Shown piece after piece: positions 19,959 to 30,951 of a DNA stretch of 64,000 bases. Below the pieces are notes generated by a model. That model was not told the origin of the DNA. It saw only the letters and a list, made by a program, of their open reading frames with translations, and ran no database searches. Within the stretch, counting starts at the first letter, position 1, and every line of letters begins with the position of its first letter. Location: contig CAVUDP010000004.1 in NCBI GenBank assembly GCA_963740315.1, positions 192,001-256,000 of the forward strand, read 5' to 3'. This DNA is from an uncultured cyanobacterium (lineage in GTDB: Bacteria; Cyanobacteriota; Cyanobacteriia; Cyanobacteriales; Nostocaceae). A program made the translations under genes and the position numbers.

Positions 19959-21461
19959 ATGTCTTTAACAGCTCAAGATATTCAAAGTTGGATGCTTTCT
20001 CAGCTTGCGGAACAGTTAAATATTGAAATTGATGAAATCGATATTCAAGAACCTTTAGATACTTACGGATTAGATTCGGCAGAGGCGATGATTTTGGCTA
20101 GTAAAGCCGAAAAGTTGCTAGGATTTGAATTGCCTCTTAACTTGTTGTGGCTTTATCCTAATGTTGAAACGCTTTCCGAGCGTTTAGCTGAAGAAGTAGT
20201 AGAAAGAAAGTTGCAACAAGAAACCGGAATCAGAACATCAACTTTAGAAGGTAGCAAAATAGATTTAGCTGCTGAAGTTGTTCTCGATCGAGCTATAGAA
20301 CCCCTGAAAGTACCATATGAACCCAAAGACGAGCCGGAAAGCATTTTAGTAACCGGGGGAACGGGGTTTTTAGGAGCTTTCTTAGTTCAAGAACTTTTGC
20401 GCCAAACTAAAGCCGATATCTATTGCTTGGTAAGAGCTGCTGATGCGGAGTCTGGAAAAAATCGTTTACTGAAAAACTTACAACAATATGAAGTTTGGGA
20501 TGAGCAATACGGCTCTAGAATTATTCCAGTTACAGGGGATTTATCAAAACCTTTATTAGGTCTTTCTAGCGAACAGTTTAATTTATTGGCAAGCAAAATT
20601 GATACCATTTATCACAGCGCGGCTTTACTCAACTACGTTTATCCGTATGCGGGGATGAAGGCTGCGAATGTTTTGGGAACCCAAGAAATTATCAGATTAG
20701 CTTGCTCCGTCAAACGTAAACCTTTACATCACGTTTCTAGTATTGCGGTGTTTGAATCAGCCGCTTATGCGGGTACAGTTGTTAAAGAGCAAGATAGCTT
20801 TGACGAGCATGAGGGAATTTTCTTAGGTTACTCTCAAACTAAATGGGTATCTGAAAAATTAGTTAAAATAGCAGGTTCGCGAGGTCTTCCCGTAACTATC
20901 TACAGACCACCTTTGATTGGCGGAGACAGCGAAACAGGAGTCAGCAACACCGAAGACTTCATCTGTTTAATGTTAAAAGGCTGCGTACAGATGAAAAGTT
21001 TTCCTGATATAGACTATTATTTGGATATGTCTCCTGTAGACTATGTGAGCTCTTCAATTGTTTATTTATCGCAGCAGCCCAAATCGATTTCTAAAGCCTT
21101 CCACCTCCAACATCCCCAGCCAATTCAGTTGAGCCAATTAATCAACTGGATTTCAATACTTGGCTACGATATCGAGCAAATTCCCTACGAAGACTGGTTA
21201 GAGAAACTACAAACTAGCGCTTGTACTCCCGATAATCCTCTTTATACCTTAAAGCCTTTTCTACTTCAGCGCTGGACAGAAGAACAGTTAACTGCAACCG
21301 AAATATATATGCAAGAAAGAAGACCATCCCAAATCAGTTGCAAACAAACTCTCGATGCACTCGCTGGTTCTGACATTGTTTGTCCTCCTTTAGATCCGCA
21401 ACTATTTAGTAAGTACTTATCATACCTGCTCAAAAGCGGTTTCTTAACAGCGGTTAGTTAG
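19959..21461 (+). CDS. hglB: HglB/HetM-like ACP + thioester reductase
   Basis: YGLDS ACP motif; [14 protein letters not shown]. Confidence 0.85.
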   Translation: MSLTAQDIQSWMLSQLAEQLNIEIDEIDIQEPLDTYGLDSAEAMILASKAEKLLGFELPLNLLWLYPNVETLSERLAEEVVERKLQQETGIRTSTLEGSKIDLAAEVVLDRAIEPLKVPYEPKDEPESILVTGGTGFLGAFLVQELLRQTKADIYCLVRAADAESGKNRLLKNLQQYEVWDEQYGSRIIPVTGDLSKPLLGLSSEQFNLLASKIDTIYHSAALLNYVYPYAGMKAANVLGTQEIIRLACSVKRKPLHHVSSIAVFESAAYAGTVVKEQDSFDEHEGIFLGYSQTKWVSEKLVKIAGSRGLPVTIYRPPLIGGDSETGVSNTEDFICLMLKGCVQMKSFPDIDYYLDMSPVDYVSSSIVYLSQQPKSISKAFHLQHPQPIQLSQLINWISILGYDIEQIPYEDWLEKLQTSACTPDNPLYTLKPFLLQRWTEEQLTATEIYMQERRPSQISCKQTLDALAGSDIVCPPLDPQLFSKYLSYLLKSGFLTAVS

Positions 21462-21573
21462 GAGTAAGAAGAGCGGAGGGAGCTGAGGTAGCGGAGGAAG
21501 AAAATAAATAATTAGTTTTCTTGTAAAAAAATTAATTGCTTCCCCTGCCCCCTCTGCCCCGTCTCCGAGCTTC

Positions 21574-21859
21574 TTTGCCTATATTTTTATTCATATTAGA
21601 AAGTCAAGTACGCACTGTAATTCAAGCTCGCGGTGAGACATTACCACGATTTTCTACTATCAAAATTTTAAAAATAGTATTTGCAATTCCTTTGACTCAA
21701 ATCATTTCTAACGTCGCATTGCTATCGGCAATGATGATGCGAAAAGTTAAGTGGCGAGGTATAAATTACAAAATAAATGGACCTTGGAATATAAAGTTAG
21801 TTAAATATCGTCCATATAACTATTTAAAAAAATCGATTAATTCGCCTATTTCACTTTAA
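21574..21859 (+). pseudogene. 3' remnant of a GT2 glycosyltransferase paralogue
   Basis: ILESQVR, PLTQI and WRGINYKINGPWNIKLVKYRPY match the C-terminus of the next gene. No catalytic domain; the listed start is a TTG in repeat DNA. Confidence 0.85.
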
Positions 21860-21922
21860 ATTTTAGTTTTAGTTATAGGAATTGGAAACAGTGAAGATCG
21901 AAATATCCTAGATAGCTATTGC

Positions 21923-22015
21923 TATAACAATCCTAAATTAGTTGTAAAAAAATTATGCTTATTTATATCTATAAAGTAGTGCGAGCATCTTGCTCGCTGG
22001 CAATAACGAGCAAAA
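21923..22015. mobile_element. Truncated copy of the TATAGCAATCCTAAAT MITE
   Basis: Aligns with the left part of 34423-34560; no right TIR seen. Confidence 0.7.
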
Positions 22016-22045
22016 TATATGTCTTATCGAAAATAGGATAAATAA

Positions 22046-23314
22046 ATGAATGATATAGCGATTATAATTTTTTGTTTACTTATCGGCTTGGCAATGTTTT
22101 ACGGATGGCTATCAGTTGCTTTTGTATCCAAGCTGCATCAATCTCGGAGGACATCGCAGTCAAAAGATTTATTAATAGATGGAAAGTTACCGCGAACTGC
22201 TATAATACTGTGTTTGCGTGGTGCAGATCCGTTTCTACCTAAATGTATAGAGGCTTTGCTAAACCAAAACTATCCGGATTACGAATTACAAATAGCGATC
22301 GATAGTTATGAAGATCCAGCGTGGAAAATGGTTACTCAAACGTTAAAAGAGCAAGCCGCAAAGCACGTTAAAATTAACACTTTACTGCTTCCTCGTCCAA
22401 CTTGCAGCCTTAAATGTAGTGCCTTAGTACAAACTATATCTGGCTTAGATAATAATTGCGAAGTGGTAGCGTTAGTAGATGCGGATACGGTTGTACATTC
22501 TAATTGGTTGCGTGAATTAGTTAGTCCTTTAAGCAATCCTGAAGTTGGAGCAACAACAGGCAACCGTTGGTATCTTCCCCAGGGTAGATATTGGGGAAAT
22601 GTAGTTAGATATATTTGGAATGTAGCCGCCGTACTTCAGATGTACTTTTATCACATTCCTTGGGGTGGAAGTTTAGCAATTAAAACAGAAGTTTTTCGTC
22701 AAACAGAACTTTTAAGTAAGTGGGAACAAGCTTTGGGGGAAGACACAATGTTAAAACGCATTTTGCAACAACTAGGATTAAGAGTCGAATTTGTACCTTC
22801 TATAATCATGGTAAATCGGGAAGAGTCCGATTTAAAAAGCTTTCTACGTTGGGTAAAACGTCAATTACTTTGCTCTCGACTTTATCACACCGCTTGGAAT
22901 GCGATCGCTATTCAAGGAATTTTAACAACGGTGCTGCCAATAATCGCAATTATGTTATCGCTAGTATTATGGTTAAACGGGAAATTATCTGCTGTAGCTT
23001 ATCTTGGGTGTGGGTTAGCTATCTATATAGTTACTCAAATCTTATGTCTGGTAATTTTAGAAAGTCAGGTGCGCGGTATAGTTGAACTAAAAGGTGAAAT
23101 ACTGCCATCATTTGAAGCAATTACAGTTTTCAAAGTCTTACTAGCACTTCCCCTGACTCAAATAGTTTATGCTTTAGCATTAACTTCAGCAATGTTTATG
23201 CGACAAGTTGAATGGCGCGGTATTACCTATGAAATAAAAAGTCCGTGGGATATAAAGTTAGTCAAATATAAACCCTATACCGATTCACAAACTTCTGTGG
23301 ATTCTATCATTTAA
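22046..23314 (+). CDS. Membrane glycosyltransferase, GT2/GT21-like
   Basis: N-terminal TM, LCLRGAD, DAD, WGGS, GEDT, RWVKRQ and C-terminal TMs. Confidence 0.88.
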   Translation: MNDIAIIIFCLLIGLAMFYGWLSVAFVSKLHQSRRTSQSKDLLIDGKLPRTAIILCLRGADPFLPKCIEALLNQNYPDYELQIAIDSYEDPAWKMVTQTLKEQAAKHVKINTLLLPRPTCSLKCSALVQTISGLDNNCEVVALVDADTVVHSNWLRELVSPLSNPEVGATTGNRWYLPQGRYWGNVVRYIWNVAAVLQMYFYHIPWGGSLAIKTEVFRQTELLSKWEQALGEDTMLKRILQQLGLRVEFVPSIIMVNREESDLKSFLRWVKRQLLCSRLYHTAWNAIAIQGILTTVLPIIAIMLSLVLWLNGKLSAVAYLGCGLAIYIVTQILCLVILESQVRGIVELKGEILPSFEAITVFKVLLALPLTQIVYALALTSAMFMRQVEWRGITYEIKSPWDIKLVKYKPYTDSQTSVDSII

Positions 23315-23542
23315 AAGTTCAAGTAATCAAGACAAATACTAAGCGTTTTTACATTGCCTGCGTTATTTTAGCATCAGTTAAAAGAAAATATAAACTATAA
23401 ATTTCTTCTGTATTTTTAGAGTTTATATTCTAGATGTAAGTAGCTATTTATTAGTTTAAAAAAACTTTTATTTTGAACTATAATTTAGACTCAAATAAAG
23501 TCATAAGGCAACTATATACTATCATCAAGGGACAAAATAGTC

Positions 23543-24751
23543 ATGGTTCAAAAGGAAAGTCAGCCTTTAAATAAACCCCTCTCCCGGCGGCTTATGTATG
23601 TACTAGTCGCTTTAACTTTGAGCGGTGGGGCTGTCTTTCTTTACAGCTTGGTACAGCTTCGCTCAAATTCCGAACAACCAATTGCACCTACTACACAACC
23701 AAGCGAACCAGTTACTATTGGTGTTGCAGCTTTAGGACGTTTGGAACCTCAAGGAGAAGTTATTCGATTATCCGCACCAACTTCAAGTGGAAGCAATCGA
23801 GTTACTCAACTTTTAATTAAAGAAGGCGATAAAGTCCGTAAAGATCAAATAGTGGCAATTATGGAAACTTACGATCGCAGCCAAGCCGCTTTAAATAAAG
23901 CCAAAGTAGACGTTGAAGTTGCCAAAGCTCAATTAGCGCGAGTCAAAGCTGGCGCAAAATCCGGAGATATTCAGGCTCAAAAAGAAGATATTTCTCGTGT
24001 AAGAGCCGAACTAGAAGGACAAATTGCTACTCAAAAAGCCACCATTGCTCGTATAGAAGCTGAGGTTAAAAATGCCGAAGTTGAAAATCGACGCTATCAA
24101 GAACTTTACCAAGCTGGTGCGATTGCTGCATCCCAAGCAGATACTCGTCGATTGCGATTAGAAACCGCTCAAAAGCAACTTATTGAAGCCAAAGAAACAT
24201 TAAATCGGACTATCGAAACCACCCAAATTCAGTTAGAACAGGCAAAAGCAACCCTAAACAGCGTTAAAGAAGTACGCCCCGTCGATGTACAAGTAGCCCA
24301 AGCCGAATTGCAAAGTGCGATCGCCGTTGTCAAACAAGCAAAAGCCGATTACGAATTAACTGCGATTCGCTCGCCAATAGACGGTCAAATTCTCGATGTT
24401 AACGTCCGTGCAGGAGAAGTAGTTGGAAATAAAGGAATCGCCGAGATCGGAAAAACAAACCAAATGTACGTCGTAGCTGAAGTATACGAAACCGACATTA
24501 AAAAAGTCCGTATCGGTCAACCCGCCGTGATTACGAGTCCAGCCTTCAACGGAACCTTGGAGGGAAAAGTTAATCAAATTGGTTTACAAGTAGACAGACA
24601 AGACATTTTTGACGTTAATCCACAAGCAGACACAGACAACAAAGTAATAGATGTAAAAATCCGTCTCAAACCAGAAGACAGCAAAAAAGTAGCCAATCTA
24701 ACCAACCTGCAAGTACAAACACTTATTAAGACAGTGAGCAGTGAGCAGTGA
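23543..24751 (+). CDS. devB: DevB-family ABC exporter membrane fusion protein
   Basis: VAALGRLEPQGEV, coiled coil, AEVYETDI, LTNLQV. Confidence 0.88.
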   Translation: MVQKESQPLNKPLSRRLMYVLVALTLSGGAVFLYSLVQLRSNSEQPIAPTTQPSEPVTIGVAALGRLEPQGEVIRLSAPTSSGSNRVTQLLIKEGDKVRKDQIVAIMETYDRSQAALNKAKVDVEVAKAQLARVKAGAKSGDIQAQKEDISRVRAELEGQIATQKATIARIEAEVKNAEVENRRYQELYQAGAIAASQADTRRLRLETAQKQLIEAKETLNRTIETTQIQLEQAKATLNSVKEVRPVDVQVAQAELQSAIAVVKQAKADYELTAIRSPIDGQILDVNVRAGEVVGNKGIAEIGKTNQMYVVAEVYETDIKKVRIGQPAVITSPAFNGTLEGKVNQIGLQVDRQDIFDVNPQADTDNKVIDVKIRLKPEDSKKVANLTNLQVQTLIKTVSSEQ

Positions 24752-24883
24752 GCAGTTACCAGTTACCAGTTACCAGTTACCAGTTATAAAATTTTAGATT
24801 TTAACAACGGATGCATTTGTTTTAGATATTGAATTAGGAATTATCGAGTAAAAATTCTACCCCCTCTACCCCGTCTCCCCATC

Positions 24884-26050
24884 ATGACCATTCCCGTTGC
24901 TTGGCTACAATTAACTCAACAAAGAGTACGCTTTCTGGCGACTTTAGCGGGTGTTTCCTTTGTTGTGATTCTGATTTTTATGCAGTTTGGCTTCCAAGAT
25001 GCGCTCTATTCTAGTGCTACACAATTACATCAAAATTTTAAAGGCGATCTATTTTTAATTAGTTCTCAATATAATGCTTTAACCTCTCAACAAAGCTTTC
25101 CTCGCAGTCGGTTATATCAAACTTTAGCGTTTAATGGTGTAGAGTCAATCAATCCTGTTTACGTTCAATTTGCTAAATTAAAAAATCCTTATAATGGAAA
25201 AAAGAATCCTATTTATGTAGTTGGTTTCAATCCAGCCCAATCCGCTTTTAACTTACCGTCCGTAAATAAATTATTACCTTTAATTCAACTTCCTAATACA
25301 GTACTTTTTGACGGAGCTTCTCGACCGGAATATGGTCCAATTGCTCAAGACTTTTCCGCAGGTAAAGATATTAAAGTAGAAGTATTTAGTTACAATGCTC
25401 CTATTGGTTATAAAGTAAAAATTGGTGGCTTATTTCCCCTCGGTCCTTCCTTTGGTGTAGATGGTCATTTAATTATGAGCCATTCAACTTTATTACGAAC
25501 CTTTCTTGACCGTAAAGCCAGCTACATAGATATCGGTTTAATTAATCTCAAAGAAAACGCCGATAAAGAACAAATTTTAAAAAACTTGGAAAAGAATTTA
25601 CCTAATGATGTTAAAGTTCTAACCCGTGAAGATTATATCAAATTTGAAAAAGATTACTGGTCTTTACGCACGCCTATTGGTTTTGTGTTTAGCATGATGA
25701 CAATCATGGGGTTAGTAGTTGGAACTGTATTTGTCTACCAAATTCTCTATAGCAATATTTCCACCAATTTAGTTGCCTTTGCCACTTTAAAAGCAATGGG
25801 ATTTAAACATAAATATTTATTAAAAGTTGTATTTCAACAAGCTATATTGTTAGCTATACTTAGTTATATTCCCGGATTAATTATTACCTTTGGTTTGTAT
25901 GACATCGCCAAAGATGCAACAAAACTACCAATAACTATGACTTGGGATAAAGGAATATTAGTTGTATCTTTAGTAACTTCAATGTGTTTAGCTTCTGGCT
26001 TCTTAGCAGTACAAAAATTACAATCTGCCGACCCGGCGGATATATTTTAA
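24884..26050 (+). CDS. devC: DevC-family ABC permease
   Basis: IPVAWLQL, QFGFQDAL, YQILY, ATLKAMG, ADPADIF. Confidence 0.9.
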   Translation: MTIPVAWLQLTQQRVRFLATLAGVSFVVILIFMQFGFQDALYSSATQLHQNFKGDLFLISSQYNALTSQQSFPRSRLYQTLAFNGVESINPVYVQFAKLKNPYNGKKNPIYVVGFNPAQSAFNLPSVNKLLPLIQLPNTVLFDGASRPEYGPIAQDFSAGKDIKVEVFSYNAPIGYKVKIGGLFPLGPSFGVDGHLIMSHSTLLRTFLDRKASYIDIGLINLKENADKEQILKNLEKNLPNDVKVLTREDYIKFEKDYWSLRTPIGFVFSMMTIMGLVVGTVFVYQILYSNISTNLVAFATLKAMGFKHKYLLKVVFQQAILLAILSYIPGLIITFGLYDIAKDATKLPITMTWDKGILVVSLVTSMCLASGFLAVQKLQSADPADIF

Positions 26051-26086
26051 AGAGATGGGGAGATGGGGGAGAGGGGGAGATGGGGA

Positions 26087-26258
26087 GATGGTAAGCCCAA
26101 AACGTGCGCGGTGAGAGCAGTCGCGTGCGGGGGTTCCGTTGAGCGAACTGCCGAACCCGAAGGGGTTCCCCGCGTTGAGAGAAGTGGCGCAACCCGTTAC
26201 TCTAACGAGTCGTGCCGCGCTGAACACGCGGAGCGTGCGGCGAGCGGGGGAGATGGGG
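26087..26258. repeat. Composite small dispersed repeat (copy 2)
   Basis: Near-identical to 19675-19868 but lacks an insert of about 20 nt. Confidence 0.85.
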
Positions 26259-26338
26259 TTCGGGGGAGAAGAGGGGACAAGGAGACAAGGAGACAAGGAG
26301 AGATGCGGTAGATCATTAATTATTAACTTTTAACTTTT

Positions 26339-26466
26339 TAGGACTTACGCAAAAGCAACGTAATTACGTCATTACGAGCGATAGCGACGTAATCGCAACA
26401 ACTCTGCGATTGCTTCCCTACACTGCGTTCCGGTCGCAATGACAAATCTCCGTTGCGTAAGTCCTG
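26339..26466. mobile_element. MITE with (T/C)AGGACTTACGCAA terminal inverted repeats, probably Nezha-like
   Basis: TIRs at 26339-26352 and 26453-26466; CTTTT on both flanks; internal GTCATT(A)CGA...TCGCAATGAC hairpin. Confidence 0.8.
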
Positions 26467-26540
26467 CTTTTAACTCCTAATTCCTAACTCCGGTGGTCCT
26501 AACTCAATACCTTTAACCTTTAACCTTTGACCTGACTATT

Positions 26541-27242
26541 ATGAACCAACCTATTATAAAAGTAAAAAACTTAAATCATTACTACGGTAGTAAAGCATTA
26601 AAAAAACAAATTTTATTTGATATTAGCTTAGAAATTAAGCCTGGAGAAATAATCCTTCTTACGGGACCATCAGGTTCTGGTAAAACCACATTATTAACTT
26701 TAATTGGTGGTTTGCGTTCGGTTCAAGAAGGAAGTCTTCAATTTACTGGAAACGAACTTAATAGAGCCAGTGCCGAGCAATTAGTTTATGTACGTCGCCA
26801 AATTGGCTATATTTTTCAGGCTCATAATTTATTAGAATTCTTGACAGCACGGCAAAATGTTCAAATGTCATTAGAACTTCAATCAATTCCGGAACGAGAA
26901 TCAGTTTCTAGAGCCGAAGCAATCTTAAAGTCAGTAATGTTAGGTAATCGCGCAAATCACTACCCCAATCAACTTTCAGGTGGACAAAAGCAAAGAGTGG
27001 CGATCGCTCGTGCTTTAGTTGGTAAGCCTAAATTAATTCTTGCCGATGAACCTACTGCTGCTTTAGACAGTAAAACCGGAAGAGACATCATCGAACAGAT
27101 GCAGCGACTATCCAGAGAACAAGGTTCGGCAATTTTGATGGTAACTCACGACAACCGTATTTTAGATGTCGCAGACAGGACTATTCACATGGAAGATGGC
27201 TTCTTAAAAGAAATAACCGAAAATTCCAAGGTTGGGAGTTAG
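26541..27242 (+). CDS. devA: DevA-family ABC ATPase
   Basis: GPSGSGKT, IFQAHNL, LSGGQKQR, LADEPT, VTHD. Confidence 0.92.
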   Translation: MNQPIIKVKNLNHYYGSKALKKQILFDISLEIKPGEIILLTGPSGSGKTTLLTLIGGLRSVQEGSLQFTGNELNRASAEQLVYVRRQIGYIFQAHNLLEFLTARQNVQMSLELQSIPERESVSRAEAILKSVMLGNRANHYPNQLSGGQKQRVAIARALVGKPKLILADEPTAALDSKTGRDIIEQMQRLSREQGSAILMVTHDNRILDVADRTIHMEDGFLKEITENSKVGS

Positions 27243-27446
27243 TAAGGGTTAACGCACTACGAATGTATTACCCCTCAAAATAAATGTGGCTCCGTACTAG
27301 TATTCCTTTTCAAAAGTTTTGACAGGTTTGTAGTAAGCGCTGAAGCGCTCCGGATTTAGGGAACCAATGCCAGCACGTAGAACCTTTGTTACCCTTCAAA
27401 AAAAATCAAAAGAACCACTAAGATAAATCAGAATATTTACAACTTA

Positions 27447-27917
27447 TCAAAATAAAAACTGCCAAGCAATTAAAACAATCAGCATATCTAAGATAATTGT
27501 CATCGTTGCTTTTAAATATCTATTACGACTGATTTTCCAACCAGAAAAAACCAAAACACCTAGCAACCAAAGCGAGTAAAGCTGTAAAGGGAAAAAGATT
27601 AAACCAATTACAGCAGCACGAAAAGCCCTTTCTAAGATTTTGTCTGCGGGTGAGACTTTTGCAAATTCATCATCATTATCATCATTCTCAAATTGAATAT
27701 TAGTAGCAGTAAGAATATCAATTGCATTATCCATATCTGCACGAAATACTTTTAACTTAATCCAGCCGACAGCAACAGTCAAATGCCATGCAAAATTCGT
27801 CATAGCCTCATCCGCAAGCAAACAGCGAATTCCCGCCGCTTTCAATTGCTGTTGCGCCAAGGATGCTTCGATTGAATTTATAAAAGTTGCAATTGTCACA
27901 AGCTCATCGTTATTCAT
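27447..27917 (-). CDS. DUF2007-type membrane protein
   Basis: LVTIATF...EASLAQQQLKAAGI...IKLKV, followed by C-terminal TMs. Confidence 0.75.
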   Translation of the reverse strand: MNNDELVTIATFINSIEASLAQQQLKAAGIRCLLADEAMTNFAWHLTVAVGWIKLKVFRADMDNAIDILTATNIQFENDDNDDEFAKVSPADKILERAFRAAVIGLIFFPLQLYSLWLLGVLVFSGWKISRNRYLKATMTIILDMLIVLIAWQFLF

Positions 27918-28595
27918 TTTATAATACTGCTTTTTTAGGTTCTTAAGCCATTTTCTAAAACGTAGTTTTTATATAGTGGATTAAACGCAAAATATTATAA
28001 CAGCAATAAGGCTACACTGCCATAATTTTGTATAAGTTTCATTTTTTCTTATCAAAAACTCTATTTTTTAACTGCTTTCATAAGTTTTCACTACCCCCTA
28101 TGGATATCGTAGTTGATTAAAAATACTGAGATTTAAAAGAGGTTTTATTACAGCAATACGCGATCGCAGATTTTTGACTTACTAAAAATGTTAAATGCGT
28201 GAAATTCTTCTATCAAAGTAAACTTAAGCAATGCGCGGCTATTAAATTGAATAATATCTGTCTATAATTTATTAGAAATATTACTAAGTCTCTCTGTATC
28301 TTTTAAAGCTGGATATGCTCAGATATTTAGTTATTTATTCGTAAAATCCAAGATATAAAGATTTCAAAGATTGAAATAGGTGTTTGTACTTCTTTTTTCT
28401 CAAAAAGCGTCAAGTTTGAATTAATGAATCAGATGATGTTATATAAGTATTTTTGCCATGAGTATTTATCTCTATTTTTGACATTCAAAGGTATTTAAGA
28501 ATACTTGATTGCCTGTTTTGTTTTGTTAAAACTAGAAGTGTCAGCAAAAAATCAGTGTGCGTTTGCCGAAATTACCTTCAGGAGAAAAATGACTC

Positions 28596-30713
28596 ATGAA
28601 TGATTTCGACACATCGCTTAACAACGAATCATCTTTAACTGCAAGCCCTCAAGAATTAGTTCCTAATTCTGATTTAGGTGGAAATTTAATTTCTGGAGAT
28701 TCGCAAAATTCATCTAATTCTTCGATGCTACCTACTTTAGAAGAAGATATCTTACGCTACGAAGCAGAAGATTTGAATCTAACCAACTATCTAATAGAGT
28801 CTAGTAACGCCTCTTCAGGGGGTAAACATATCTCTCTTTTAGGTAGCGATAGTAAAACTGGAACAGCAACAGGTGTTTTCAATGGTGAAGCTGGAATTTA
28901 CCAAGTAAACGTCGGTTTTTACGATGAAAATGATGGAGTTTCTTCTGCGGATATAACTGTTGCAGGTGACACTAAAAGCTTTTCATTCGATAAAGATTTA
29001 CCTGCAAATTATGCTGCTGCCAAAGCTTTGACATCTCGTGTCACCCATTCAGATATTGAACTCAAAAGAGGCGATCGTTTTGAGATTGAAGGAAAATCTA
29101 ATTTGGGCGAATATGCTCGTTTTGACTATGTTGAGTTTACCTCAGTAGACTCATCAGGTTCTGATACAGGTTCTGACAAGGGTTCGGATACAGTCTCTGA
29201 CACGGGTTCTGACAAGGGTTCTGACAAGGGTTCGGATACAGTCTCTGACACGGGTTCTGACATGGGTTCGGATACAGTTTCTGACATGGGTTCTGACACG
29301 GGTTCTGACATGGGTTCGGATACAGGTTCTGACAAAGGTGAAGCTAATACATACTACGTTTCTTTAAATGGTAGCGATGATAACCCAGGTACAAAAGAAA
29401 AGCCTTGGAAAACTGTTGATTATGCAGTTAGTAAAGACTCTGCGGTGTCGGCAGGAGATACAGTTTTAGTACAGCCCGGAGTCTATACAGAGTTAATTAC
29501 TCTTGAGAAATCAGGTAATAAAGAACTCGGTGACATTACCTTAAAAGCTGATGGTGACGTAACTTTACGCGATCCAGATCCTCTCAAAGGTGGTTTTAGA
29601 GAGGGTGTAATTCAGTCTGCTGGTAAAGGTTACTGGAATATCGATGGTTTCCGGATTGAGAATACATCTTGGGCGGGTATTGCGTTGCGAGATGCAAATA
29701 ATATGACTGTACAGAACAATCACACCTTTGAAACAGGTGCTTCAGGTATCATCGTTTTACCTGAAACTTACTACGAAGGTGGAGAGGCTGAAGTTACCAG
29801 TAAAGATATCAAGGTACTGGATAACAAGATTGAACGAGCAAACTGGAGGTGGACTGGTAGAGGAGATACTAGAGGTACTCAAGAAGCTCTAAGTATCTGG
29901 GGTGTAGATGGTTTTGAGGTTGCGAACAATATTGTTCAAGAAGGAAATCGCGAGGGTATCGATATTAAAACAGGCTCTCGGAATGGTTCCGTTCATAACA
30001 ATACAGTGACGGGTGTTGCAAAAGTCTCCGGTACACCTGGAGGTTACAATGGTGGTCCCGCTATTTACGTCGATGGAAACCGAGCCGATAGTTTCAACAT
30101 TGATATCTATAGCAATCTTGTTTACGGGAACACCGCAGATGGAATTCTTATTGGTGATGAAGTACCCGAGCAAGGAGATGTTAAAGATGTTCGCGTTTTC
30201 AATAACGTAGTTTACGGTAATGGGAAATTAGGTGTAAATGCTGGTGCAGGAGTTGCGGTAACTAGCAATGTCAGCGATGTTGAAGTTATCAATAATACTG
30301 TAGCTAAGAACGTTCAATCGATTTTAATTGATGGTACTGATTTCACTAAGGGCAGTAAAACGAGCGATGTTGTAGTGCGTAACAATATTTTTGCCGATGC
30401 TATCTACAGAAATGGTTTAATTGAAGATGCGGACGATGTAGTTTTAGACAACAACTTGTTTACAGGTGAATTTGCAGAACTCTATGAAGGTAAAAGTGGA
30501 CTGAAGAACTTCAAAGAAACAAATAACACCGAAGTTGAATCAATTGCTTTCTTAGATTCAAAAGCTAACGATTACCACTTAACTTCTGATTCCCCTGCAA
30601 TAGATACAGCTTCGGATCGAGTTCCCGATTATGCATCTACCGATAAGGATGGTGTAAAGCGGAATAAAAAGGATGCTGATATCGGTGCTTATGAGTTTCC
30701 TGGTTCTAAGTAA
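28596..30713 (+). CDS. CBM-like domain + right-handed beta-helix (DUF1565-like) protein
   Basis: RYEAED...YDENDG module; YYVSLNGSDDNPGTKEKPWKT; Asn ladders; DYHLTSDSPAID...DIGAYE; AGGAG RBS. Confidence 0.85.
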   Translation: MNDFDTSLNNESSLTASPQELVPNSDLGGNLISGDSQNSSNSSMLPTLEEDILRYEAEDLNLTNYLIESSNASSGGKHISLLGSDSKTGTATGVFNGEAGIYQVNVGFYDENDGVSSADITVAGDTKSFSFDKDLPANYAAAKALTSRVTHSDIELKRGDRFEIEGKSNLGEYARFDYVEFTSVDSSGSDTGSDKGSDTVSDTGSDKGSDKGSDTVSDTGSDMGSDTVSDMGSDTGSDMGSDTGSDKGEANTYYVSLNGSDDNPGTKEKPWKTVDYAVSKDSAVSAGDTVLVQPGVYTELITLEKSGNKELGDITLKADGDVTLRDPDPLKGGFREGVIQSAGKGYWNIDGFRIENTSWAGIALRDANNMTVQNNHTFETGASGIIVLPETYYEGGEAEVTSKDIKVLDNKIERANWRWTGRGDTRGTQEALSIWGVDGFEVANNIVQEGNREGIDIKTGSRNGSVHNNTVTGVAKVSGTPGGYNGGPAIYVDGNRADSFNIDIYSNLVYGNTADGILIGDEVPEQGDVKDVRVFNNVVYGNGKLGVNAGAGVAVTSNVSDVEVINNTVAKNVQSILIDGTDFTKGSKTSDVVVRNNIFADAIYRNGLIEDADDVVLDNNLFTGEFAELYEGKSGLKNFKETNNTEVESIAFLDSKANDYHLTSDSPAIDTASDRVPDYASTDKDGVKRNKKDADIGAYEFPGSK
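29155..29338 (+). repeat. In-frame 12-bp repeat encoding (G/V)SD(T/K/M) linker
   Basis: About 15 GGTTCTGACA-type units. Confidence 0.88.
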
Positions 30714-30758
30714 TCCAGTTGTGATTTTTGATTAAGTAAGGTACATCGCTTGTCTATC

Positions 30759-30786
30759 AACCTCTCTCTTTTAGAGAGGGGTTTTA
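30759..30786 (+). terminator. Rho-independent terminator
   Basis: CCTCTCT...AGAGAGG hairpin followed by TTTT. Confidence 0.7.
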
Positions 30787-30951
30787 TCCACCTATGCCAT
30801 TAATATCGTTTATTTCAAAAGCTGTAGTATTTTTAAACTACATTTTGTAAACTTAACGACTTAAAATCGTTGCCAAATTGGCATTACTTGTACAGAAATA
30901 TCTGTTTAAATGTACATCAATTGGACATCTACCTATCTTTTTAAATAGTTT

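Noticed and set aside
29126..29335. MSEP-repeat ORF (likewise 10474-10776)
   Set aside because: Reverse complement of in-frame tandem repeats.
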